Shown piece by piece: positions 53,840 through 64,000 of a stretch of 64,000 bases of DNA. Where the stretch lies: NCBI GenBank assembly GCA_034780895.1, contig JAUZTB010000002.1, positions 57,669,797-57,733,796 on the forward strand, in the 5' to 3' direction. The stretch is from Rhynchobatus australiae (Eukaryota). The notes beneath the pieces were generated by a model. It was not told where the DNA came from, made no database searches, and saw only the letters and a list, made by a program, of their open reading frames with translations. The first letter of the stretch is position 1; each line of letters begins with the position of its first letter. Both the position numbers and the translations under genes were made by a program.

Positions 53840-54695
53840 AGAATCAGATTTATTATCACTGACACATGATGTGAAATTTGTAGGTTTGTTGCAGCAGTAC
53901 AGTGCGAAGACATAAACATCTCTAAATTACAAAAATAAATAAGTAGTGCAGACAAAAAGGAATAACAAGGTAGTGTTTATAGGTTCATCAGTCATTCAGA
54001 AATCTGATGGCAGAGGGGAAGAAGTTGTCTCTGAATCATTTGAGTGTGGGTCTTCAGATTCCATACCTCCTCCCTGACAGTAGCAATGAGAAGAGGAGAT
54101 GACCTGGATGGTGAGGATCCTTAATGATAGACGTCACCTTCTTGAAGTGCCGCCTCTTGAAGATGTCCTCGACGGTGGGGAGTGTTGTGTCCATGCTGGA
54201 GCTGGCTGAGTCTGTAAACCTCTGCAGCCTCTTGCGATCTTGCGAGCCCATGTACCATGCTGTCATGCAACTAGTCAGAATGCTCTCCACCGTACATCCA
54301 TGGAAATTTGTGAGAGTCTTTGATGACATACCAAATCTCAAATTCCTAACAAATCAGAGCTGCTGGTGTGCCGCCTTTGTAATTGCATCAGTGTGTTGGG
54401 CCCAGGATAAATCTCCTGAGATGTTGACACCCAGGAATTTGAAGCTACTCACCCTTTCCACTGCTGACCCTTCAATGAGGACTGGTGTGTGTCCTCCCGA
54501 CCTTCCCTTCCTCAAGTCCACAATTGGTTCTTTGGTCTTGCTGATGTTGAGTGCGAGGTTGTTTTTGCAAAAACCAATCAACCACCCAATCTATTTCACT
54601 CCTGTCAGTCTCCTCATCACTATCTGAGATTCTACTGAACAGTGGTGTCATCAGCGAATTTATAGATGGTGTTTGAGCTGTGCTTAGCCACATAG
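53840..54695 (-). mobile_element. Rex1/Babar-like LINE 3' portion
   Basis: NNLALNISKTKEPIVDLRK..VERVSSFKFLGVNISGDLSW, VESILTSCMTAWY and IIKDPHHPGH. Confidence 0.92.
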
Positions 54696-55303
54696 TTATG
54701 ATTGGATATTTTAAAACATGGAAACAATATCATTATAACTTCAGCAATGTTTGAGAGCTGTCTCTTGTTTAGTTCCTTGATGAGGAATTTGGCAAAAAGC
54801 CTACATCCTCACTGTATGCCATATTGTTTTAATTTACTACTAATTAAACTATCTAAAATTGTCCATTCATTGAAAGAATAGATGAGCATTTTCCAGCACT
54901 CCCTGTAGAGATAACTGAAGACTTGTAAGCAATTTAACATCCAGTTTTAGCTACCACTTGCTAATTTACTCATTTACCTTGCAGACCATTGATCCCTTTG
55001 ATGTTTGGATTTCCTCTTTTTATTTGGAAATGTAAAGTAGTTTCCATAAAAATGTGCAATTATGTTTAAAATGCCCAGTGCATACCAATCAACTGAGCTG
55101 AAAGAGCACTGTCTTGCTTTTAACAATTCAAGCACTTGGATAAATATTCTTCATTAAAGTAGATTTTGGGATTTGAAATCACGTTTCTATCCATACATCC
55201 CAAAAGCTTGTATATCAGGAACTCCGTGGTTGCCACTGAAATCTCCAGATAACTTCAATGTGCTGACAATGAACACATGTCTAACTTGGTCAAAACATTA
55301 GCC

Positions 55304-56012
55304 CTGCATGAAGTCAACCACCTGCCTTTAATGCTCTTATTCTGCAGCAACTGAGGACATACCTATGAAATAAATAGTCCACTGTGATTAATTTCCCACC
55401 TTTTGCTCACTGAAGCAGCATACATACCAAGCATGTAATTTTGTTGAAAAATACAATAGATTGTTGGCAACTGACTCATAATATTAATAATTTATAGACT
55501 CAATCTCAATAAATTTCTTTTAAAGATTATATTTAATAGCTTTGAAGTTTCTCAGGTGTTCTCCAGTGTGCACTCTGCAACTTCAGTGGAGAAACGACAG
55601 AAATGCTGGAACAAATGCAGAGCTGACCATTCTGCAAATGAAATTATAGCAAAGGTGGGAGAATCACTGGAGAAAATCCTCCCCCAAAAGACTTTAAAAG
55701 TCTCATTGAAAGTAGCAACAATGTCTTCCCATTTCATATTGATGTGTTGCATCAGTGTCTCATCAGAGCTGGTTGTGAGGGTGCAAGCAGCAATTGGCTG
55801 AGAAGGATCTTTTAAAAATGGTAATTTGAAGTATCTAATCACAAAGCACCCCTTGCAGTAAAAAAAACTATATGCTGAAACAGTGTGTGAAAACAGTACT
55901 GCTGCTTCAGTGAGCAAAAGGTGGGAAATTAATCACAGTGGACTATTTCATAGGTATGTCCTCAGTTGCTGCAGAATAAGAGCATTAAAGGCAGGTGGTT
56001 GATTTTGTGCAG
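55304..56012. repeat. inverted repeat, arms 55304-55420 and 55900-56012
   Basis: Core 55314-55420 is the reverse complement of 55900-56002 apart from one 4-nt indel. The outer 10 nt pair with three G-U wobbles. Confidence 0.95.
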
Positions 56013-56144
56013 TTGTCATCAAAGGTCATGTGACTCCATGTTTGTGTGTTCAGAAAGCAATTGTGGCAGACTCTCTCCTCTCAAAATCATTATTTTTAAT
56101 TTAAATTGTGAATGTCTTCAAAATGTTAAACAAATATGTTTTTC

Positions 56145-56352
56145 AGTATGGAATGAGCTGCTAGAAGAAGCTGTAGACGTGGGTACAACTTCAATGTTTA
56201 AAAGATATTTAGACAGGAACATGGATAGGAAAGGTCTAGAGGGATATGGGCCAAACATGGGCAAATGGGACAAGCTAGATCGACATCTTGGTCGGCATGG
56301 ATGAGTTGGGTCGAAGGTCCTGTTTTTGTACTCTGTGACTATGTCTCTATGA
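56145..56352 (+). mobile_element. CR1 LINE 3' end
   Basis: VWNELLEEAVDVGT..FKRYLDRNMDRKGLEGYGPNMGKWD and a CR1 tail. Confidence 0.9.
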
Positions 56353-57109
56353 CATTGGCTTGTTTGGTTTACATCATTTAATTTTTCCCATTCAATATCT
56401 TTCTTTGACAGACTGAGTTAGTATGTCTTGTAACCACATAAGCCTGTTTGATGTCTTGAATGGGATTGCTCATTTGAGATCCATTGAATGGAACAAAATC
56501 TAATTCTCACGAGTCATTGTTACTGGCTTAAAGAGGAAAAATCCGTGACAGACAGAACTGTACAAGGAAAAAAAACAATTCTTGAAATGCAGAAAAGCTT
56601 TATTATTTTGAAGAGAGATTATTGATATTTGATGTTTTAAGCAGGGATAATTCATGATAGTGTGAAAAAATATGGATTCATGTGCAAGTAAAAAGGATGA
56701 GAAGTAGTAAAGAACCACAGNNNNNNNNNNNNNNNNTGTGTTGGTATGACTCTTTACCATCCAAATCTTCCAACCTTTCCATAATGGTAATAAGCAAATA
56801 CAATGTATGACCATAATAAATGCAAGGCCAGCATTTGTTGCCAATCCCAAATTCCTCCTGAGAAAGTGCTGATGAACTGCCACCTTGAATCAATGCAGGC
56901 TTTGTGGTGAAGGTGTCCCATGTTAGTTACCAGCTGGTTGTGGTTCCATGTGCCTGTGTTCATTTCCATTTAAGTGGTAGAGCTCAGGTACAAACCAACC
57001 TCTCACTGAACTGCCTGAGAATGCCTTGATCACGTTGAAGGGCATTTATAAATGTTCAAGGAAAAATAGCATTTCTGGGAAATGTCCAGTAGTATCAGCA
57101 TAATGTGAC

Positions 57110-57420
57110 ATTTTGTTTGAAATGTTGTCATTAAAGCAGTCGATTTAGTTGCAACATCTTAAAACACAGTGAGATGAATGAACCAGTTTAACTGCATTCA
57201 AGATGCTTGTTGATGGAAAATGTTGGCTGTGACACCAGGTAGTTCAGTATTTTTCAAATTGTACTATTGAACCTTTACACCCTTTGAATACTGAAATAAT
57301 GAAGACAAATCCAAGTTTCAACATTGCATCCAAAGGATGGTAAGGCAAGTGAGGCAGGGCTCCCTCAACACAGTGGTGGTGTGTTAGCCTGAACTGTGTG
57401 CTGAAACTGTGGAGTATGGC
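57110..57420 (-). mobile_element. DeuSINE (SacSINE1/AmnSINE-like) remnant
   Basis: gttgatggaaaatgttggctgtgacaccagg...gtttcaacattgcatccaaaggatgg..gctccctcaacac resembles the Deu domain. Similar remnants at ~50320-50420 (+) and ~52740-52990 (-). Confidence 0.5.
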
Positions 57421-58613
57421 TTCATCTTGAAGCAAGCTTTTTGCACTTAACCTTTGTAGATATGGTTTGCTGCCATNNNNNNNNNNNNNNNNNNNNNNNN
57501 NNNNNNNNNNNNNNNNNNNNNNNNNNNNNNNNNNNNNNNNNNNNNNNNNNNNNNNNNNNNNNNNNNNNNNNNNNNNTGCTGCCATATTAGCAAAAGGGAA
57601 CTCTTTGGCAAAAGAGTCCAAATAATTTGTTTCATTTGGGATTCTGAGTCAGTGAGGTCAAACTTACCATTTGTCATTGGCAAGGATTATGGGTGATTCT
57701 AATGCTGTCATAACCAAACATCACATGCGTTTTTTTAAGCAAGGGATAGAAAACACAGAAGCTGATATTGCAATTTGATTTTTATTTTCCCACAATAACC
57801 TGAGGAATTCCACTGCTGCCCTACTGTCCACATTCAATTTGTTGTGCCGATCATGTGTCACACTGAAGTTTAGTGGATTAGGCAAGAAGTAATGGATACC
57901 ACAGGCGATTATAAGGCTGTAGTTGCAATCAAATGATATATAAGCTGTTAAAATAGAGCTTGAGCACTTCATGATGAAATACTATACAATCCCCCTCATG
58001 TAGATTAAAGCCCTAAGTTGCCTTAATACATTAAAATGAACATTGTATAAATGACTTTTAACTTTATTTTATTTGTTTTTCAGTGACTTTTGCATTCATT
58101 ATGTACAACTNNNNNNNNNNNNNNNNNNNNNNNNNNNNNNNNATAAAGAACACAGTGCATTTCAAAGTCATTAATCCACGTCTGTTGACAAAATGTACCA
58201 CACTGGAGAATGTGCTGAGATTGCACTGAGTAATTAAACTGTTTGACCCAGTGAAGATTGCAGCTGAAGTTCATACTTTCACCTCTTGATCATAACTGCA
58301 CATCCAGCCGGTGTTAACAATGCTGTTCGGCACCACGCTGCCAGTCCACATGGTACAATTTCAGGGCATACCAGCATCAGCTGCAACTTTCTGGTGCTGA
58401 TTAAACCACTGGCTGCACCTCATCAAAGGGAGCTCATTTGCTGCATTGGCTGTTGAAACTCGTTCCACTGGTTTAGGAAGCTTTCAGGAGGCAGTGGTAA
58501 ATCTGGCAACAAAAAGTCTTTCAATGTGGCTCGAGATGTCTTGGTCAGCAAAGTGGAGCAGAGAAACCCTCTTTGGCTTTTGGAGCTCAGGAACCCATGC
58601 AAGTCCATTGTGA

Positions 58614-58778
58614 GAAACAAAAGCCTGCAGATGCTGGAATCTAGATGAACAACACTATGATGCTGGAGGAACTCAGCAGGCCAGAGGAAGAGTCCTGACC
58701 TGAAACGTTGACCACCTGCTTTTCTCCACAGATGCTGCCTGGCCTGCTGAGTTCCTCCAGCATCGTAGTGTTTTTCAT
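58614..58778. mobile_element. 165-bp hairpin insertion with 14-bp target-site duplication, Penelope-like non-autonomous element
   Basis: caagtccattgtga occurs at 58600-58613 and 58779-58792. 41-nt arms at 58644-58684 and 58739-58779. Confidence 0.85.
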
Positions 58779-59149
58779 CAAGTCCATTGTGAACTTGTAG
58801 TTGGAGGAATTCACAATGAGACTGGGAGTAAAGCCCCAAGCATGTGGATGGAGTGCTGGGAAAAGTTTAATGATTGGCCAGAATCAGTGAAATGTACATT
58901 GGTAATCAGTTGATGTGCATATAATTTTGATCTTCATTGGGTGTTGAAGTTTGGTTTCTGCATTTACAAATGATGGTCATGCAGACGCTGAGGAGGTCAG
59001 CTTTAGATGGTAAGCTGAAGATTAGTTGGTTCTCTGTTGTAATGCAGTCACAAGATGCACATATTGCAGACGGATCAGGTCTGATTAACCCTTGAAGGAG
59101 GTGCTAAGAAAATTTCAATCTGCAGCAGTTCCTGTGGTGAAGGTTGTCC

Positions 59150-60900
59150 TGAAATGCTGATGCTGGGGGATTGCAGGATTTCTACACAGCACATATATTT
59201 TCAAGTATGATTGTCCTGTGAGTGACCTGGACACAGGCTTGTTGGTGGGCCCAGGGAATTGCTGCCCTTACTTTGCTGGTGGTGGAAATTGAAAGTTTTT
59301 CAGAGATTGTCAAACAAGCTCAACAAATTTTTGTGCATTCTATTGATTGTAGGCAACATGGGCACGATGTGATGAAAGTGCCACTCAAGCAGGCTGTCTT
59401 TTCCTGGACAGTCAAATTTCTTGATTTCTGGAAACACGCAGCACTTCTGCCAGCATCTGCAGAGAGAGAAAGAGAGTTAATATTCAGACCAATGACCTCT
59501 CATCAGATTTCTGGCATCACAGTATTTTGTTATTGTTAGTCGTCATTGATGTTGATGCTGTGCTTTTCCAAGCAAATGCAGAATATTCCGTGACACGACC
59601 AACCTCCACAAGTGAGATGGTTATAAGGCCTTGAGGAATTGGGAGGCAAATCCCTTGCTACAGAATACCCAGCCTTTTGCAGTCACATAATTTGTTTGTC
59701 TTGTCCAAGTAAGCTTNNNNNNNNNNNNNNNNNNNNNNNNNNNNNNNNNNNNNNNNNNNNNNNNNNNNNNNNNNNNNNNNNNNNNNNNNNNNNNNNNNNN
59801 NNNNNNNNNNNNNNNNGTCCAAGTAAGCTTCAGGTTGCTCGTCACACCCAAGAACTTGCTGGCATGTATACCGATGAAAATGGCATTAAATGTCGGGCGA
59901 AATGTTTGACTTCATATTTTTGAAGTTGGTTTTTGCCTGGTACTTGTGGCAAAAATGATTCTAGCTGCTCATCAGACCCCAGCCTGAATGCTTTACAGTT
60001 CTTTTCTCAGCCATATTGATAGTGTCCTGCTGCCTTGGTGAAATGAATGCACGTGGCACATCTGGAGAGGATGGTTTATCAGCACTTCCTGCCTTGATCC
60101 TCATCTTCTGTAGCTGCAGGAAAGGGTCTGCTCACATTGGGGTGAGATTGTGCAGGGTGATGGAGTGACAGTGAGATGAGTGATCCTCTCCGAAATGTGC
60201 CTTCAGATCAGATGAGCCATTTGAAATCTCTACTTTACAACTCCATTGATCTCCTTTGTTCTGAGTACAGGGCCACAGTTCTTGAGTACAAGGCCACAGT
60301 GCTTTGGTTGCCAGAGCTCCAAATAGAATCAAGAACCAGGGATTTGAGTGATGGCCCTTGTCACACAAGAGCCACATGTTGTTCTGGAAGGTGGCAGACT
60401 GCCTCATGGTGAGAGCGTCACCTGGGCTCTCCAGTGCATAACTTTCAGCATCAAGATTTTCTGCCTGCAGTTGTTGACTTTGCATCTTGAAGGAATGAAG
60501 GCTTTTGCTGTTCGTGTGGAACTGAGATTTCTAACTGGGGTCCTTAAAGATGTGGGACTCCTGTCGACACCCTCTGAACCATAGGAGAGTCTATAATGTC
60601 TGCAAAGACATGTGCTACCACTGTCTGTAACTGAAGAAGAAGGTGATAAATTCCCCTCACCTTGAGCAAAGAGTCTCATCACTTCATCTAAGCAACAGCG
60701 CAGTACGTACTTGGAGATGTGACTAACATCTGGTACAGCTCCCAGGAATGAGCTTACGGCAAAGAAATTAATAGCTGCAGTTACCTCAGCTGACATAAGT
60801 CCACACACAGCTGTGTAGCTGCAGCTCTGCTGACTAGTGGCAAATGCAAACTAATTTCCTTGAGCAACCTTACTTTGATGCTTTGCTGCTTCTCAGGTGC
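59150..60900 (-). mobile_element. decayed CR1/L2-clade LINE pieces, family of 16520-18510
   Basis: tggtacagctcccaggaatg, ttttgcctggtacttgtggcaaaaatg and agattgtgcagggtgatgg resemble this elasmobranch LINE family. Confidence 0.45.
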
Positions 60901-62604
60901 TTGTGGAATCTGTCAACGTGGTTTTGTCTTCTCCCAATCATGGTGGGAGGACAGCCACCAAAATTCCCATATATCCTACACATAAGACTCCCTTACACCT
61001 TAGTTACAGACAAAGACTGCTTAATAGATGTAATACAGTGATCAGCACAGTTACCTCAACCCACCAGTCACAGAAATAATCCCCCAAAACTGCAAGCTGC
61101 TGCTCCATTTCCACGTGCTGTTCATGCATTACACCTGCTGGATCAATGTGGCCCTATATGGTAGGCCTGATGCAGATCATGACTGAATGATGACTTGCAT
61201 CTTTTGCAAGTTATTCAGTTTGCTGAGTAGCAAAAAAAAAATGCTATTGCGCTTCACAAATTACATTTACAGCAAATCACTCCTTGATGCTTGAAGCACT
61301 GGTGATACTACACAATTTCACAACCATCATTTCCAAGAAATTTTTTCACTTACCTACAGTTGTACTTTATTACCAACCATTTGCTTTGTGGCAGAAGAGC
61401 TGCCTCTTATTGTTCCAAATGCACTGTTAATCCACTAATCAGATAGTACAATGAAACTCAAATTCATCTTTGGGTGATTGGGCTTGTTATAAGCAATGCT
61501 CAGACATCCTGCGGATGTTTTCTTCAACAGCTTTGCGTGTTGCCTCAATGGGTGGAGGACAGGGTCAAATCTCTGTTTTCTGGTACAAAAGTGACAGTGC
61601 AGTCTCTGAGATGTATTAATAATCATATTATTTCAACCATTACGTCACTGTTCTCAATAAATCTTGACCATCTCTCAATAAACAGTCCAATCNNNNNNNN
61701 NNTTGTCAATACGAACAGTGAAAGGTGAGCAAAATTATTAAGCTATTCCTTTTCAGTCTGCCGCAGCAAAATGAGGCTAATTGTACCCGCTGGCCATCTG
61801 CTACCTGGCCTGCTTCCATATGTCTGAGGCAGCAAATATATTGACAAAGCAGGTCTTTCAGGCTGTTGCCATGAAACAGCCCTGCACTCGTTTTTTGTGG
61901 TTCTGTTAATGCCTATGAAAAGCTATTCGCCTGGTTCCACAAACAGAATTAATGGGCTTCTTAGCTCTGATGTTGCGCTTCAAATGTTAAAGAGTAGCAA
62001 AATCTACTGTGCCAGAACATGAAAACATGAGGCCTACAGAAAGGTATGGGTGTTGGAGATATAAAAGGCAGGTTTGTCCCAGTGTGTAACTGGAGGATGG
62101 GCGATTTCATTCAGAGGTTACTTGACAGAGAAACATGATTAGTTAAAGTAGTTTTATAATAAGCAATCAGTAGGAACAAGACAAGTCCTCTGAATGACCT
62201 TGTTTGAGTTTAGTCATCCCAAGTTCTGTGAGTGGAGTGGAGTTTTATTTGAGGACGTAAATGTGTTGTTGGGAGAGGGCAATGTGGACTTGCTTCAGCT
62301 GTGTTTCTGCACATCAAATTAAACGACTGTCATATAGTAATGGTGTAATCCTCATCATAGATGTGAGCAAGTGCACTTAAATAGAAATTTGTTCTTTTGC
62401 ACACTGAGCACATTGAGAGCAAATAGCAACTATAAGCAGTATCAAGTTTGAGTCTGAAGGTTGGTGTATAATTTTTTGTTTTTTTTTTGTGGTGCTCTCA
62501 AGATAAGATGAAGTGCTTCAGGGAAGGTCAGCATGGCTTTCCTGTTTATAAAATGTTATGAACTGGGTTTTGAAGTGGACGTGTTCTATGTTCTAATTCT
62601 GTAG

Positions 62605-62764
62605 GCTCAAGCAGCTGGTTCTCCTCGTTCATCACCCAGCCATGGTGCCAGCCGCCCCATGCCAATGCCCGTAAGGTCAACGTCTGCCTGTTCAACACCA
62701 ACCCATGGTCCTCAGGATTCCTTATCTGGGGTTGGCGGAGATGTGCAAGAAGCTTTTGCACAAG
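62605..62764 (+). CDS. DTNB: beta-dystrobrevin exon: [53 protein letters not shown](G)
   Basis: Acceptor ttctgtAG|GCT and donor CAAG|GTaagt. 160 nt, phase 0 to 1. [12 protein letters not shown] and [18 protein letters not shown] are beta-type. Confidence 0.97.
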
Positions 62765-63404
62765 GTAAGTAGTAACCTTGTGAAACATTAATTACCTTGT
62801 GTTTTCATTGTTACATATGTGCATGCCTTTCATAATCTGTTGATAGGATGCCTTTTTATCTCTATTTTGTTTGCTGATTTTAAGGAGGTAACTTTTTATA
62901 TCCCATAATTTGTAATATCAAAGCTACTGTCGATCATTCTTTCTTCTGGAAGTAAGGCTGAAAGGATGCCTGAGTTATGATCTTACATAAGTAGCACCAA
63001 CATTAATGCTATGCTGAAGAAGCAGTAATTCTGATTGAGGCACATTTGTGAGTTGGTGGACTACCGAAAGTAGGAAAAATCTGTGAAGGCCAGAGTGTAT
63101 GTATTATCCCTTTGGGTACAAGTGGATCTGGTGATATCTATAACTTTTCGATTTACAATCATGGACCTGAACAACAATCCATCTTTCCTGCAATGGTTTT
63201 GACTTGAACTTGTAAAGGTAAAGCAAATAGTGACTGAAATTAAAACTACAGCTAGTATTTTGAGCTCTAAGTTATGTAATATTTGATTGCAGTAAAATAG
63301 TCATTTCTTCGTGTATGTTCCTTTCTATTTTCTTGCAATCTGTTACAAGTGATAAACACTTAAATAGAAATTCTAATTCAAGACAATTTTGTTAGTTTAT
63401 TCTC

Positions 63405-63830
63405 AGGATGTGGACAACATTTTATTGATTTCCCATTACTTGGTGCCTTGAAAGACTTCTTCTTGAACCACTTTAGTCACTTGTGTGATGCTGTTTCCAT
63501 AATGCTGAAAGGTAGAGAATTCAGGACTCTGGGCAGTGAAGAAACAGTGATATATGCCATAGTTAGAATACTGTGTCACATGGAGGTAAACTTGGATAGA
63601 AGTGTGTTACCACATACATCCTTCCTTCCTTCTCGATGGTGAAGGGAAAGTTGATGAAGTAGACTTCCTGAGTTGCTGTAGATTGTACACACTCTAGCCA
63701 CTGAGTTCCAATAGTACAGGCAATGATAGAGTATCATTCGCAAAGTTCTGAGCTGAGTGCTTTGAGCTTCTTGAATGCTTATGTGGCTAATCATTAGGAT
63801 TCCATCCAACTCATGACTTTAGCCATGGGG
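63405..63830 (-). mobile_element. CR1/L2-clade LINE 3' end
   Basis: caacattttattgatttccc..ttcttcttgaaccac..ggtagagaattcaggact is the reverse of the tail at ~18300-18500. Another copy at ~56820-56930. Confidence 0.6.
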
Positions 63831-63859
63831 AAGATGGATATGTGGTCAGGGGTCACGAA

Positions 63860-63953
63860 GGTTGGGGGTGTTGTGAATAGTTTGGAGGGCTGTCAGAGGT
63901 TACAGAGGGACATAGATAGGATGCAGAGCTGGGCTGAGAAGTGGCAGATGCAG
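63860..63953 (+). mobile_element. CR1 RT fragment
   Basis: GGVVNSLEGCQRLQRDIDRMQSWAEKWQMQ. Confidence 0.85.
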
Positions 63954-64000
63954 NNNNNNATGCTGGTGTTATTGGGAGGCGGATGGCTGGACAATATTAT

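Noticed and set aside
60262-60300. Short near-tandem duplication (tgagtacagggccacagt x2), also (tgtttaaga)n at ~23122
   Set aside because: Ordinary slippage duplications with no array structure.
1-64000. Prokaryotic systems (CRISPR, operons, defence islands), rRNA/tRNA genes, or a nested second gene
   Set aside because: None seen. The tRNA-like boxes belong to SINEs, and all recognisable non-TE coding sequence is DTNB.

Overview
Eukaryotic vertebrate DNA, AT-rich and intron-dominated. The repeat content (CR1 LINEs, HE1-type V-SINEs, DeuSINE remnants, Rex1/Babar LINEs) suggests a cartilaginous fish, probably a ray; that assignment is inference. The whole window lies inside one + strand gene, beta-dystrobrevin (DTNB). 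Seven coding exons with AG/GT boundaries and mutually consistent phases can be read: 3030-3119, 10210-10297, 14948-15033, 18989-19102, 28526-28622, a 21-nt microexon at 35913-35933, and 62605-62764. They encode the syntrophin-binding sites, the two coiled-coil helices and the start of the C-terminal tail. The gene start and end are outside the window. Introns contain decayed retroelements, including one near-full-length CR1 at about 42.6-46.0 kb. No prokaryotic-type or multi-gene novel system is supported. The best second-look items are candidate alternative C-termini of DTNB, the regulatory motifs around the microexon, a ~115-bp intronic inverted repeat enclosing an in-phase acceptor and ORF, and a TSD-flanked hairpin element with a hammerhead-like remnant. 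Homology calls come from recalled sequences, not from searches, and TE boundaries are approximate.
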